Source: Malacoraja senta (lineage: Eukaryota). From it: 64,000 nucleotides of DNA. This document shows positions 24,203 through 37,099 of this stretch, in pieces. Numbering within the stretch: the first letter of the stretch is position 1; every line of letters starts with the position of its first letter. Both the position numbers and the translations under genes were made by a program. The stretch lies in the NCBI GenBank assembly GCA_038087875.1, contig CM075988.1, positions 21,702,001 through 21,766,000 on the forward strand, in the 5' to 3' direction. Under the pieces are notes generated by a model, which made no database searches, was not told the origin of the DNA, and was given only the letters and a program-made list of their open reading frames with translations.

Positions 24203-24467
24203 TAAAAAAAAAAAAAAAATTTAAATTAAAAAAATTAAATTAAAAAAGAGGAAAAAAAAGAAGGAAAAAAAGAAAAAAAACTAAACTGAAACTAAACGTC
24301 AGTCCCAAAATACTACCCTTCAACACAACCTCGGTTGACTATAAAAACACAAAGTACTGGAGAGACTCAGCATCTCTGGCAAACATGGATAAGTGATGTT
24401 TTGGGTCAAGACCCATCTTCAGAAGCTTCACTGGAGAACAAATGCGTGACGTTTCAAGTCAAGACCC

Positions 24468-24752
24468 TTTTAGTTTATTTAGTTTAGAGATACAGTGTGG
24501 AAACAGGACCTTCGGCCCACTGAATCTCTGCCAACCAGCAATCTATCCTACACACTAGGGACAATTTTTACAAAAGCCAATTAACCTACAAACCTGCACA
24601 TCTTTGGAGTGTGGGAGGAAACCGGAGCGCCTGGAGAAAACCTACGAGGTTCACAGGGAGAACGTACAAATACCGTACCGACAATACCCATAGTCAGGAT
24701 TGAACATGTGTCTCTGGCGCTGTAAGGACACGGATCACTACCGCAGCGTCAC
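24468..24752 (-). mobile_element. HE1-type SINE
   Basis: Reverse-complement copy. Confidence 0.85.
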
Positions 24753-25929
24753 CCACTATAGGTTCCAAGCTTGTGGCTAAGTAGTTAAGAACACAGCAAT
24801 GTTCAAAATGATCATTGATACTGTACAATGAAGAAGCGGAAAAGATGATCATATATCAAAAAAAAAATCTGTAGACAATAGACAATAGACAATAGACAAT
24901 AGGTGCAGGAGTAGGCCATTCGGCCCTTCGAGCCAGCACCACCATTCAATGTGATCATGGCTGATCATCCCCAATCAGCACCCCGTTCCTGCCTTCTCCC
25001 CATATCCCCCGACTCCGCTATTTTTAAGAGCCCTGTAGAAAATGATTTCATAATTTAAAAAGAAGCGTTGACTTGCTCCTATAATCTCGGACAGTAATGT
25101 ACGCCGTAGCATAGGAATGACACACAGAGTTTGATTTAATCAGCACACATAATTGGCTACATAGGTGTTTTTGTCCATCAATCCAATCAGTGCATTGAAA
25201 ATACATCAGGAGAGAGCAGTCTGTTAATAAAAGTACAATTAGTAATCCCACTGCCTGGGGTGTGGGTTCAAAACTGCATTGAGTGGATAATGAAATCATC
25301 AACATTCAAAAAAGATTTGAAATTGTTGGCGTGCAAACAGATTTTTTGGTGTTTTTTTACTCATTTACAAAGAAGATGAAAGTGGTATTTTGAACTCAGA
25401 ATAAATGCTTTTTAATGGTGATTCAGAAAGACAACATTTTAAAGTTATTGGCTTGTAGGGATTTAAATAATGCAGTCGAGCATTCTAAAGGTAGTTACTA
25501 TTTTAGGCATACGGATAGTTAAAAATTGATGCTAAATGAATCAGTCTCTGAGATCAGAAATCTTTCTTCAGCTATCCAGCTGGATAAAACTATCATAAAT
25601 TGTTCCCTTTAAAAAAAAAAAGAATAAAAAACTTGAATTTAAGGGAAGTTTGTCTTCATGGTGTAACAAACCCACATGTCCTTGTGCCCACCATTTTATG
25701 TTCCCTCTCCAAAGTGAAATGTTCTTCTCAGGCAGCATCTCTGGATAGAAGGAATCTTTGAAGAAGAGTCTTGACCCAAAACATCGCCCATGCCTTCTAT
25801 CCAGAGATGCTGCCTGTTCCGCTGAGTTACTCCAGCATTTTGTATTTATCTTAAGTTTGAGGTAGTCTTAGAGCAATGACATGAAGAGCAGAGAAAACAG
25901 TTGAATTAATAAATATAATTAAACTGTTT

Positions 25930-26256
25930 CTTTAGTTTATTTTGTTCTATTATTATTGTCACATATACCGAGATACAGTGAAATGTACTTTTGTTGTGTG
26001 CTATCCAGACAGTGAAAAGAATATACATGATTACAATCGAGCCGTCCACAGTGTACAGATACAGGATAAAGAGAATTACGTTTAGTGCAAGATATGGTCC
26101 AGTCAAGGCTGATAAAAGATAATCTGAGGGTCTCCAATTAGGTACATGGTAGGTCGACCATTCTCTAGTTGGTGGCAGGAAGGTTCAGTTGATGATAGCA
26201 GCTGGGAAGAAATTGTCCCTGAAACTGGAGGTGTGCGTTTTCATACTTCTGTACCT
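25930..26256 (-). mobile_element. Rex1/Babar-like 3' fragment
   Basis: Reverse complement of the same 3' end. Confidence 0.8.
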
Positions 26257-26290
26257 GTATCTCTAATTCACTTATTTGATAAAAAGGATT

Positions 26291-26756
26291 TTAGGGAGGG
26301 GGAGAACGTGGAACAATTGTTTCATCCAGAGTGTGTGGAGATCTGAAGGGGTGGAAGAGTAGGACGTGGGTGTGGACCTGATGCGTTGGGACCTACAGTG
26401 CTCTGGACCTTGAAGATGCAGCCAGGCCAGTGAGAAGTATCTGACCAACACGGACGTACATGATGGGGAGAGTAGCCTTATTCTGTGTCCTGAAGTTGTA
26501 TCAATTTGTGCTCTCCGATGTGAATCTGATGGATCTGATTAAGGCAGAGAGATATAGATTCTTGATTAGTACGGGTGTCAGGGGTTATGGGGAGAAGGCA
26601 GGAGAATGGGGTTAGATAGATCCGCCATGATTGAATGGCAGAGTAGACTTGATGGGCCAAATGGCCTAATTCTGCTTCAATCACTTATGACCTTATGATC
26701 TCCTTACCAGTCTGCGGGCTCTGCACTAATTCCATTCTCCTGAAGTCCACGATATT
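26291..26756 (+). repeat. Copy A of a ~470-bp local direct duplication
   Basis: Aligns with 29869-30361. Confidence 0.92.
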
Positions 26757-27654
26757 CCTCTGGTGGACTTTTCCATGATGCATTAACAGAAACAATTGAG
26801 ATTGAACAGTCCTGTAGGTTCACAATCCTTGTCAATCTTTGATTCCGCACTATTACCTCTTAATTATTCTCCATGCAGAGTGCAACAGTTGATTCATCAG
26901 CCCGGGTTTCTCTCTGTACATCAACCATGATTGGATCAATACAGAGCTTCACATGGTAGGCGGACAGCACTGTTGATGCTGGCAGCATCGAGCGGAGCAA
27001 TGTCAATTTTACATTCATTCCCCCCCCAGCTCCCCAATTAATACAGAATAACAGATGATCCAAGGAGACGTTTTGGGAAATGTTGCTCTATTTTACACGA
27101 CACAAAATATTAACATTGATGTTACCACGTTTATTTTCTTGAAATAAATAGAGACAAAGAGTAAGACAGCAGAGAAAAAGGCCCTTTGGTCCAACCTGCC
27201 TATGCTGACCAAGATGTCTCAATTAAGCTAGTCCCATTTGCTTGTGTTTGGCCCATATCCCTCTAAACCTCTCAATATCTAAGATATTTCATAAGGCCAT
27301 AAGGTCATAAGTGATAGGAGTAGAATTTGGCCATTCGGCCCTTCAAATCTATTCCGCCATTCAATCATGGCTGATCTATCTCTCCCTTCCAACTCCATTC
27401 TCCTGCCTTCTCCCCATAATCTCTGACACCAGTACGAATCAAGAATATATCTATCTCTGCCTTAAATAGATCCACTGACTTGACCTCCACAGCCTTCTGT
27501 GGCAAAGAATCCCACAATTCCCCACCTTCTGACTAATATTTCACTTATTTTATGAAAACCAGACCTGTTGATGGGGTTCTTCAGATCAGCAGATGCTGGA
27601 GTTTTTCTCTGTAACTCGAACGCTCTAACGCAGTAACACTATAATCTGCACCCC

Positions 27655-28190
27655 TTTTTTTTAATTCAAAAAATGTATTCAATTATTTAAAAAATAATAT
27701 TACACTACAATAAAACAAACCAGAACCCTCCACCATAATACAATACAAACAAATATCCTTAATAAACTACTGTACAACTATCTCACACTCCTTGTCAAGG
27801 ATGCATTCAACACCCTGCGGTCCCGGAACTCCCCCAGGGTGCCCGTGGACAGGGCGTATTCCCTTTCTAAACCGACCCGGGCACGGACGTAACCCCGGAA
27901 AAGGGGCAGGCAGCCGGCTCGGGTAGAGCCCTCCACCGCCTGGCGCCATGACTCGCGGATGGCCAGCTAGGCCAGGCCCAGGAGCAACCCAACCAGGACA
28001 TCTTCAGCCCTACCCTCTCCCCTACGCACAGGGTGTCCAAAGATGAGGATGGTGGGTGTGAAAAGCAGCCAGAAGGCAAGGGGCAGCCCCTTTAGGTGGC
28101 TGCAGCCTCACGCACTCCATATACACGTGGTACACAGACTCTTCCAGCCCGCAAAGGTGGCAGGCGGCTGTCGAGTCTGTGAACCGCGTA
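27655..28190 (-). mobile_element. L1/Tx1-clade LINE 3' fragment (C-terminal CCHC region, poly(A) tail)
   Basis: Minus-strand CHLCGLEESVYHVYMECVRLQP zinc knuckle; A-rich 3' end. Confidence 0.8.
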
Positions 28191-28332
28191 TAATCTGCAC
28201 CCTGGTGTTTTTCCCGTTGCACTACCTGTTGAACGTGCACGGTTTGATAGTACTTGTGTACAGTGTGATTTGACTGGATGGTGCACATTCAAAATCTTTT
28301 CACTGTGTCGCTGTACACATGATAATAATAAC

Positions 28333-28912
28333 GATCCCAGGGATGAATGGGGTAATGTATGAGGAGCGTTTGATGGCTCTTGGCCTGTACTCGCTGGAGT
28401 TTAGAAGGATGAGGGGGGGGACCCCATTAAAACCTACCGAGTAATGAAAGGCCTGGATAGCGTGGATGTGGAGAGGATGTTTCCACTAGTGGGAGAGTCC
28501 AGGACCAGAGGGCACAACCTCAGAATAAATGACGTAATTTTAGAATGGAGGTGAGGAGGAATTTCTTTAGCCAGAGGGTGGTGAATCTGTGGAATTCATT
28601 GTCACAGAAGAGAGTGGAGGCCAAGTCTGAAGAAGGGTTTCGGGCCGAAACGTTGCCTATTTCCTTCGCTCCATAGATGCTGCTGCACCCGCTGAGTTTC
28701 TCCAGCATTTTTGTCTACCTTCGATTTTCCAGCATCTGCAGTTCCTTCTTAAACACGGGTATTTTTAAAGCAGATATTAATAGGTTCTTGATTAGTAAGG
28801 GCATCAAAGGTTACGGGGAGAAGGCAGGAGAATCAGGTTGAAAGGGAACAATAGATCATCCATGATCGAGTGAGGGAGCAACCTAATGGGCCGAATGGCC
28901 TACTTCTCCTCC
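28333..28912 (+). mobile_element. CR1 3' fragment interrupted by a Penelope-derived element
   Basis: CR1 C-terminal coding remnant and 3' UTR on both sides of 28624-28755. Confidence 0.85.
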
Positions 28913-29868
28913 TTTGTTTTTATGAACTATAAAAGATAGACACAAAATGCTGGAGTAACTCACTGGGACAGGCATCGTCCCTGGAGAGAAGGAATAATAA
29001 ACGTATCAATGTTAATATCAGCAGAAGAAAGGTCCTGACCCAAATCATCTTCTGTCCATTCCCTCCACAGACGCTGCCTGACGCGCTGAGTTTCTCCGGC
29101 ACTTAACGCTTTGCTCAAGATTCCATGAACCTAGTTGGTCGGATTTACTTTCACATATTGTCCCAAAACGACTTTCTACAGAAAATAAGTTCTGAAGAGT
29201 TATGAATATTTAGTAACTACCCACATTGGCAGGTTAAGCTTGATCAAACTTGAATGAAAACCTTGATTTGGGTGATAAAAGTCTTTAATTTATTTGGCTC
29301 TTATTTCGAGTCAAAGGTGCAGCAATGAGCTAGAAATCAAAAGGCTATGATATTGGCCTTTGGTACCAAGTTCAGTGCAGTGACTATTTGATGCTGGCTT
29401 CATTATAACCTGTTTAAAATCTGGTTTCTGTGAAACATTTTCTTAATTAGATAATTAAATGAACTGTGCCTTCAATTAAAATGCATCTTGCAAATATAAT
29501 CAATATTGTAATAACTAATGTATTTTGTGGAAATTTTGGCTGGTGTGAGGTTGTAATTTATTTCAAGAATTGACACCAACATGAGTCTCAAGAAGGGTCT
29601 TGACCTGAGATTTCACCTGTCCATGTTCTACAGAGATACTGCCTGATCCGCTGAGTTACTCCAGCATGTTGTGTCCCTTTACGAGGTTTAACCTGTTGTG
29701 TTATTCCAGTGTTTTTTTTTTAACTTATTGTTCTCTTTTTGGAGATTGGGGCAGCAAGATCAATACTTATGATCATCCCTCACTGGCGGGCGGTAGATCA
29801 GACTTGGACCATTGTGGGCTCCACCTTTATGAGTCATCGATGCAGGCTCGGCATTGTCTGGCTGTACC

Positions 29869-30361
29869 TTAGGGAGGGGGAGAATGTGGAACAATTGTTT
29901 CATCCAGAGTGTGTGGAGATCTGAAGGGGTGGAAGAGTTTGAGACCCTCAGTAGGACGTGGGTGTGTACCTGATGCGTTGGGACCTACAGTGCTCCGGAC
30001 CTTGAAGATGCAGACAGGCCAGTGAGAAGTATCTGACCAACACGGACGGACATGATGGGGAGAGTAGCCTCGTTCTGTGCCCTGAAGTTGTATCAATTTG
30101 TGCTCTCCGATGTGAATCTGATGGATCTGATTAAGGCAGAGATATATAGATTCTTGATTAGTACGGGTGTCAGGGGTTATGGGGAGATGGCAGGAGAATG
30201 GGGTTAGATAGATCAGCCATGACTCAATGGCGGAGTAGACTTGATGGGCCAAATGGCCTAATTCTGCTCCTATCACTTATGACCTTATGATCTCCTTACG
30301 AGTCTGCAGGCTCTGCACTAAGTCCAGTGAGAGCGAGAGATCTCCTGAAGCCCACGATATT
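29869..30361 (+). repeat. Copy B of the ~470-bp local direct duplication
   Basis: Aligns with 26291-26756. Confidence 0.92.
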
Positions 30362-32725
30362 TATTTGAAGAATTTGAAGAATTTGAAGAACAGTCTGGCT
30401 GTACCTTCAGTGTTCCCCTACCTGACTCTCAGTTTGATGAAGTGTCTCGACACGCTGCCAGACACGCTGAGTTACTCCAGCAAGTTGTATCTATTTTCCC
30501 TATTTGATAATGTCCCTTGATTTGTGATGCACTATGGTTGGGGTTAGGTGTAAGTTGCTATGTGGGTGGGGGGGTGGGGGGTGGGGGGGTGGGGGGTTGT
30601 GAAGTGCTACCTCAAGCGGAGTTTAGTTAATGTAAAGATACTCTGAATGGTCACATTTTGCCCTGATAGATATTTCTTGATGATATGACACTCTTCTGGG
30701 ATTTGAGCCGTGAGTATGTCTTTTGGACCAGGTTTTCTAATACACACTCAAAGTGTGGAAGAGTGCGGTAAATATTAAAGAAATGGGAAGGGCAAAATCT
30801 GTGGTTGAAACTGGCAACTTTTTTTGTCGGCCATTTCATAGTGAAACCTCAACATTAATTAAGATGGAAAAGGGTGCAGAGAAGATTTATGAGGATGTTG
30901 CCAGGACTCGAGGGCCTGAACTATAGGGAGAGGTTGAGCAAGCCTAGGACTCTATTTCTTGGAGCGTAGATAACAGAGGGATGATCTTATAGAGGTGTAT
31001 AAAATCACGAGAGGAATAGATTGGGTGTAGGATAGTGTTAATGTGCGGGGATCGCTGGTCGGCACGGACCCGGTGGGCCGAAGGGCCTGTTTCCGCACTG
31101 TATCTCTAAACTAAACAAATAAACTCAACTAAACTAAACGATACCATTTTCCTGCCTTCTCCCCATAACCCTTGACACCCGTTCTAATCGAGGACTTGTC
31201 TGTCTCTGACTTAAAAATATCCACTGACTTGGCCTCCACCACAGACTCATAAGGAGATCATAAGATCATTAGTTCCACAGATTCACCACCCTCCTTGGCC
31301 TCCACAGCCCTCTGTGGCAATGGGTTCCACAGATTCACCACCCTCCTTGGCCTCCACCGCCCTCCGATTATTACACAGTGCGGTTGGGCAGTAGCGTTCT
31401 GAGCCTTTCACTGCAGCATTGACCCTATGGATTCCATGGCCATGACAAATGTGCAATAGAACTGCCCTTTGGGGTAGTATGGGCCATGATTCTGTTCCAT
31501 TATGCACAACCTCCGTACATGTGTAGGAGTAGGAAAATCAGAAACACATTGCAAACTTAATGATGGGTGAAAATGAAAAAGTAGGAGACGGAGCAGCCTG
31601 CAATTTAATAATGATTACAAGACTGGAGAAGGGAATATGAAATATTTGAACAGATGTTCGATGTGAAAGTGGGAACCAATACTCCAGCAAAACCAACATT
31701 CCCCAATTGATTTCACATGCTGCCACCAGGAACCGCAGATGCTGGAATCTTGAGCCAGACACAAAGTGCCGGAGGAACTCAGCAGGTCAGGCGATATTTA
31801 TGGAGGGAATGGAGAGGTGATGTTTCAAGTCAGGAGCCTTTTAGTTTCCCCTGACTCTCAGTCTGAAGAAGGGTCTCGACCCGAAATGTCACCTATTCCT
31901 TTTCTCCAGAGATGCTGCCTGTCGCCAAAAAAATCGCCAAGTGGGACAGGCCCTTGAGAATGTCATTGTATCTGGGACATATGACAATAAAACACTATTG
32001 ACTCTTGACTCTCTCTCTTGAGATAAGATAGCGGCATTGAACAGGCTTTTGAATAGGCACATGGATATGCAAGAAATGAAGGGGTATGGATCACGTGCAG
32101 GCACAGGAGATAATTTTAACCTGGCATCATGTTCGGCACAGGCAATGCGGGCTGAAGGGCCTGTTCCCGTGCTGCACTGTTCTATGTTCTACGTCCAGAT
32201 TTTGTTTATAAATAATCCACGGCATATATTGTGAATTAATATTGAAACATGCAGCGGATGTGGAATTTTGTACAAGCTAAGGGTTGCTTTTGAATACATG
32301 AATAGATGAATGGCTGAAGTTATCTCACGCATCGGTTCAGTGCCGTCACGATCGCCTCTTCACATAACCAAGATTTGCTTAAGTCAGAATCAAATTGGCT
32401 CTCCGAGACCCTGGCTTTGTGTGTGAGGTAGCCCCATCTATAATGCAGGAGGAGTGATATTATCTCAGGTACATTGTTATTGTGTTGACCATGGAGTCAA
32501 GACTACCTCAACAACTTGTAAGCTGCTACAGAAGATTTAAATCAGCGATTTAACCAATGGCTTGCTGGATGAGTACATTTCCAGAATGCAACCAAATCAG
32601 ATGTATTTTAGTGAAAGCAGGATTACACAATTGAAGCCCAGTAAATAGGATATAGAAACAGTCTGAAGAAGGGTCTTGACCCGAAACGTCACCCATTCCT
32701 TCTCCAAAGATGCTGCCTGTCCCAC

Positions 32726-33856
32726 ATGGTATTAGGGGTAGGGTACTGACATGGATAGAAGATTGGTTGGCAGACAGGAAACAAAGAGTAGGGATTAACG
32801 GGTCCCTATCAGAATGGCAGGCAGTGACTAGTGGGGTACCGCAAGGCTCAGTGCTGGGACCGCAGCTATTTACAATATACATTAATCATTTAGATGAAGG
32901 GATTAAAAGTAACATTAGCAAATTTGCAGATGACACAAAGCTGGGTGGCAGTGTGAGCTGTGAGGAGGATGCTATGAGGATGCAGGGTGACTTGGACAGG
33001 TTGGGTGAGTGGGCAGATGCATGGCAGATGCAGTTTAATGTGGATAAATGTGAGGTTATCCACTTTGGTGGCAAAAACAGGAAGGCAGATTATTATCTGA
33101 ATGGTGTCAAGTTGGGAAAAGGGGAAGAACAATGAGATCTGGGGGTCCTTGTTCATCAGTCACCGAAAGTAAGCATGCAGGTACAGTAGGCAGTGAAGAA
33201 AGCGAATGGCATGTTGGCCTTCATAACAAGAGGAGTTGAGTATAGGAGTAAAGAGGTCCTTCTGCAGTTGTACAGAGCCCTAGTGAGACCACACCTGGAG
33301 TATTGTGTGCAGTTTTGGTCTCCAAATTTGAGGAAGGACATTCTTGCTATTTCACGAGGTTCACGTAGGTTCACGAGGTTAATTCCCAGGATGGCGTGAC
33401 AGTCAAATGTTAATAGAATGGAGCAGCTGGGCTTGTATACTCTGGAATTTAGAAGGATGAGAGGGGGATCTTATTGAAACATATAAGATTATTAAGGGTT
33501 TGGACACGCTAGACGCAGGAAACATGTTCCCGATGTTGGGGGAGAGCAGAACGAGGGGCCACAGTTTAAGAATAAGGGGTAAGCCATTTAGAACGGGGAT
33601 GAGGAAAAACTTTTTCACACAGAGGGTTGTGAATCTGTGGAATTCTCTGCCTCAGAAGGCAGTGGAGGACAATTCTCTGTATGCTTCCAAGAGAGAGTTG
33701 GATAGAGCTCTTAAAGATAGCCGAGTCAGGGGATATGGGGAGAAGGCAGGAACGGGGTACTGAGTGGATGATCAGCCATGATCACAGTGAATGGTGGTGC
33801 TGGCTCGAAGGGCCGAATGGCCGACTCCTGCACCTATTGTCTATTGTCTATTATCT
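32726..33856 (+). mobile_element. CR1-clade (HER1-like) LINE, 5'-truncated, degenerate RT C-terminal half plus 3' UTR
   Basis: Translations GVPQGSVLGPQLFTIYIN...KFADDTKLGG, LYRALVRPHLEYCVQFWSP and FFTQRVVNLWNSLPQ, with stops and frameshifts; (CTATTGT)n tail. Confidence 0.95.
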
Positions 33857-33948
33857 ATTGAGATACTCCAGCTTTTTGTGTCTATCTTCTGATAATTTGT
33901 TGTTTTACCATCCACATGATGGCTCGGAATCAAGGACTTGCATTCTTA

Positions 33949-34537
33949 AGGCTCTGTCTCACGGTGTTGCGGTCATCGGCGGTGAAGCGCGGCGTCCCCG
34001 GTAGAGGGGACCGCACGGCAACGGCAGGAGCGCCGAGCCTATGCCACGGGAGCGCCGCACGGGTGCTGCACGGGGGCCGAGTGATTTAAGTGCGGCTGGT
34101 CCCACGAGCTTGCGGTAAGTAAAAAAAAGGGCGGGCCGACTGCGATGACGTCATTTCGGATCTGCTGGGCTGTGGCGGCGGCCATGCCGCACACGTGACT
34201 CACTAGCGGCGGCTGTGGCGGCGGCCGTGCTGATCGCGGCGCTGTGGCGGCGTCCGTGCCGCACAGGTGCCTCACTGGCGGAGGCTGTGGCGGTGCAAGT
34301 TCGACGCACGGCGCTCGTGCCACACTGGCTGCACTCGTGCCTCACTGGCGGAGGCTGTGCGGTAGGAAAAGTTTTTTGAACAGTGTTGGTTTTATTTTAG
34401 CACCGTGCGGTGTTGGGAACAACGCCGCACGGCCCTGGAATTGTGTGTTTGACCGATTGCGCGGTCTATGGCGGCCCAGGAGCGGTAGATTCTTCCTGTT
34501 TCGCCGCCAATGACCGCAGACGCGTGAGACAGGCCTT
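33949..34537. mobile_element. GC-rich Harbinger-like MITE
   Basis: Imperfect TIRs AGGCTCTGTCTCACGGTGTTGCGGTCATCGGCGGTGAA / TTCGCCGCCAATGACCGCAGACGCGTGAGACAGGCCTT; TTA TSD. Confidence 0.82.
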
Positions 34538-34845
34538 TTACTTCTTTCAATCCTTTTATTTCCCTTTGCTCTGCTGGATGATGTGTAGAGTAACTCCCCT
34601 GTTCATTGGAGCGGCTGGATTGCTTATTCAGATATTCCTTGGGTAGATATTGCAATATTGTGTCAACCCACCAACAACGGAAAGAGAATTAGCTCGATCT
34701 CTCCAGACACAACCTGAAAATCCTTTTGAATAAAATACTGATTTGTCCAGGATTTACCTCTTGCTAAACTACACCAAAGACGAGATGAATCACCGGTTTT
34801 GCAAGAAGTTCCTGAAAACTTTCGATACATGAGTTTACCACATCA

Positions 34846-35370
34846 TTGGAGGAACAGCACCTCATATTTTGCTTGAAGGTAGACAAAAATGCTGGAGAAA
34901 CTCAGCGGGTGAGGCAGCATCTATGAAGCGGAATAGGCGACGTTTCTGAAGAAGGGTCTCGACCGGAAACGCGGCCTATTCCTTCTCTCCATAGATGCTG
35001 CCTCACCCGCTGAGTTTCTCCAGCATTTTTGTCTACCTTCAATTTTTCCAGCATCTGCAGTTCTGTCTTAAACATCATATTTTGCTTACACCCCAGCGGT
35101 ATGAACATTGACTTCTCTAACTTCAGATAGCCCTTGCTTTCCCTCTCTCTCCATCCCCTCCCCCTTCCCATTTCTCCCACCAGTCTCACTGTCTCCGACT
35201 ACATTCTATCTCAGTCCCGCCCACTCCCCTGACATCAGTCTGAAGAAGGGTCTCGACCCGAAACGTCACCCGTTCCTTCTCTCCAGAGATGCTGCCTGTC
35301 ACGCTGAGTTACTCCAGCATTTTGTGTCGACCTTCAGTTTAAACCAACATCTGCAGTTCTTTCCTGCACA
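34846..35370 (+). mobile_element. Penelope-like 3' fragment: GIY-YIG end, pyrimidine tract, pLTR with hammerhead-like core
   Basis: LEEQHLIF...HPSGMNIDFSNFR*, then CTGAAGAAGGGTCTCGACCCGAAACGTC at 35240. Confidence 0.85.
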
Positions 35371-35849
35371 TGAGTTGATCATAGATTGATTGATACTTTA
35401 TTATCAGATGTGACATGTCACAGTGAGATTCTTTGTTTTGCGTGCCGTATACAAGGTATGCAAAGAGTCGCCACGCATAGGGCGCTGACAAAGTCACAAA
35501 GTGTACAAGTCTTTAATTGTCCCTCCTTGTTCTCTGCCAGGATTATGCCGATAAAATTCACACCCAGGTTCCACATAAATAATCAGATCCAACTCTTTAT
35601 GTAGTCAGGCCATTCCAAAAGGAATCAGACTCGTGCCTTTTTCTGATCGGTCCTTGGCCTCAGTTCCCACATCCCCCAAATCTGGTCCTTTCTTTCTTGA
35701 AAAGGGCCAGTATATTTTCAACTTTTAATTCCGCTGGTGCCCTGTCAGAATCCGGGGAACATTAGAAGATCAACATTCACGGTTCGGCAGCCATTTTTAA
35801 GTTGCCGGGCCTCATTTCCAGGAGACTGCATTCTTTTAGCCCCATACTA

Positions 35850-36213
35850 AAAGGGAATGGACAGGATAGATGCAGGAAAAAATGTTCCTGATGTTGGGGG
35901 AGTCCAGAACCAGGGGTCACAGTTTAAGAATAAGGAGTAGGCCATTTAAGACTGAGATGAGGAAAAACGTTTTCACTCAGAGAGTTCTGAATCTGTGGAA
36001 TTCTCTGCCACAGAAGGCAGTGGAGGCATATTCACTGGATGTTTTCAAGAGAGAGGTAGATTTAGCTCTTAGGGCTAAAGGAATCAAGGGATATTGGGGA
36101 GAAAGCAGGAACGGGGTACTGACTCTGAATGATCAGCCATGATCATATTGAATGGCAGTGCTTGCTCAAAGGGCCGAATGGCCTACTCCTGCACCTATTT
36201 CCTACGTTTCTAT
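35850..36213 (+). mobile_element. CR1/HER1 3' fragment
   Basis: MFLMLGESRTRGHSLRIRSRPFKTEMRKNVFTQRVLNLWNSLPQ. Confidence 0.9.
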
Positions 36214-37099
36214 GCACGTGTGCTCAATACCTTTCCAGCAGAGTTAATAACGGTTTTAAGTTCATCTCTCTTTCTGTTGCTGACAGATTTTTCATCTTTT
36301 CAATCTTCAACTCTGAACACAGATTACAAAATATTTGTTCAAAGTCTCTGCCTGTTCCTTATTTCCCCATAAGGAATTCCCCAGTCTCATCAAGGGATCA
36401 CTGTTCACACAATAAAAACACCATGTACCAGAGTAACTCAGGAGGTCCGGCAGCATCTCTGCAGAACATGGATAGGCGACATTTTGGGTCAAAAACCTCA
36501 ACCCGAAACATTACATATCCATGTTCTCCAGACATGCTGGCCTGACTTGTTCAGTCCTTGTGCATATTATCCAGCATCTGCAGTTCCTTGTTTCTACATC
36601 GATGTTTACCCTCCTACTCTCATCCTTTTTACACACCTGTAGCTTTCGATTAGCTGCGTTAGAAGGAACTGCAGATGCTGGTTTAAACAGAAGATAGACA
36701 CAAAATGCTGGGGTAACTCAGCGGGTCAGGCAGCATCTCTGGAGAGAGGAAATAGGTGACCTGTACGTCTTTGGAGGGCAGGAGGAAACCGAAGATCTCG
36801 GAGAAAACCCACGCGGGTCACAGAGAGAACGTACAAACTCCGTACAGACAGCACCCGTAGTCAGGATCGAACCCGGGTCTCCGCCACTGCAGGTGCTGTA
36901 AGGCAGCAACTCTATCGCTGTGCCACCATGCCACCCTAAATAGACAAAAGGAGACAAAGTGCTGGAGTAACTCAACAGGTCAGGCAGCATCTCTGGAGAA
37001 CATGGATAGGTGGCAATTTGAGCCGAGGTTTGGTTTTGACGTTTTGTGTTCGGGTCTGCGGAAGGATTGCAAACCAAAAGGTCACCTATCCAGGTCACC

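Noticed and set aside
26291..30361. Paired direct repeats as LTRs of a 4-kb element
   Set aside because: No TG...CA ends, PBS, PPT or internal coding remnants.
31229..31360. Tandem repeat of CTTGGCCTCCAC / TTCCACAGATTCACCACCCTC
   Set aside because: Minor internal duplication within a CR1 3' fragment.
32710..33763. Reverse-transcriptase ORFs as a functional gene
   Set aside because: 5'-truncated CR1 copy with stops and frameshifts.
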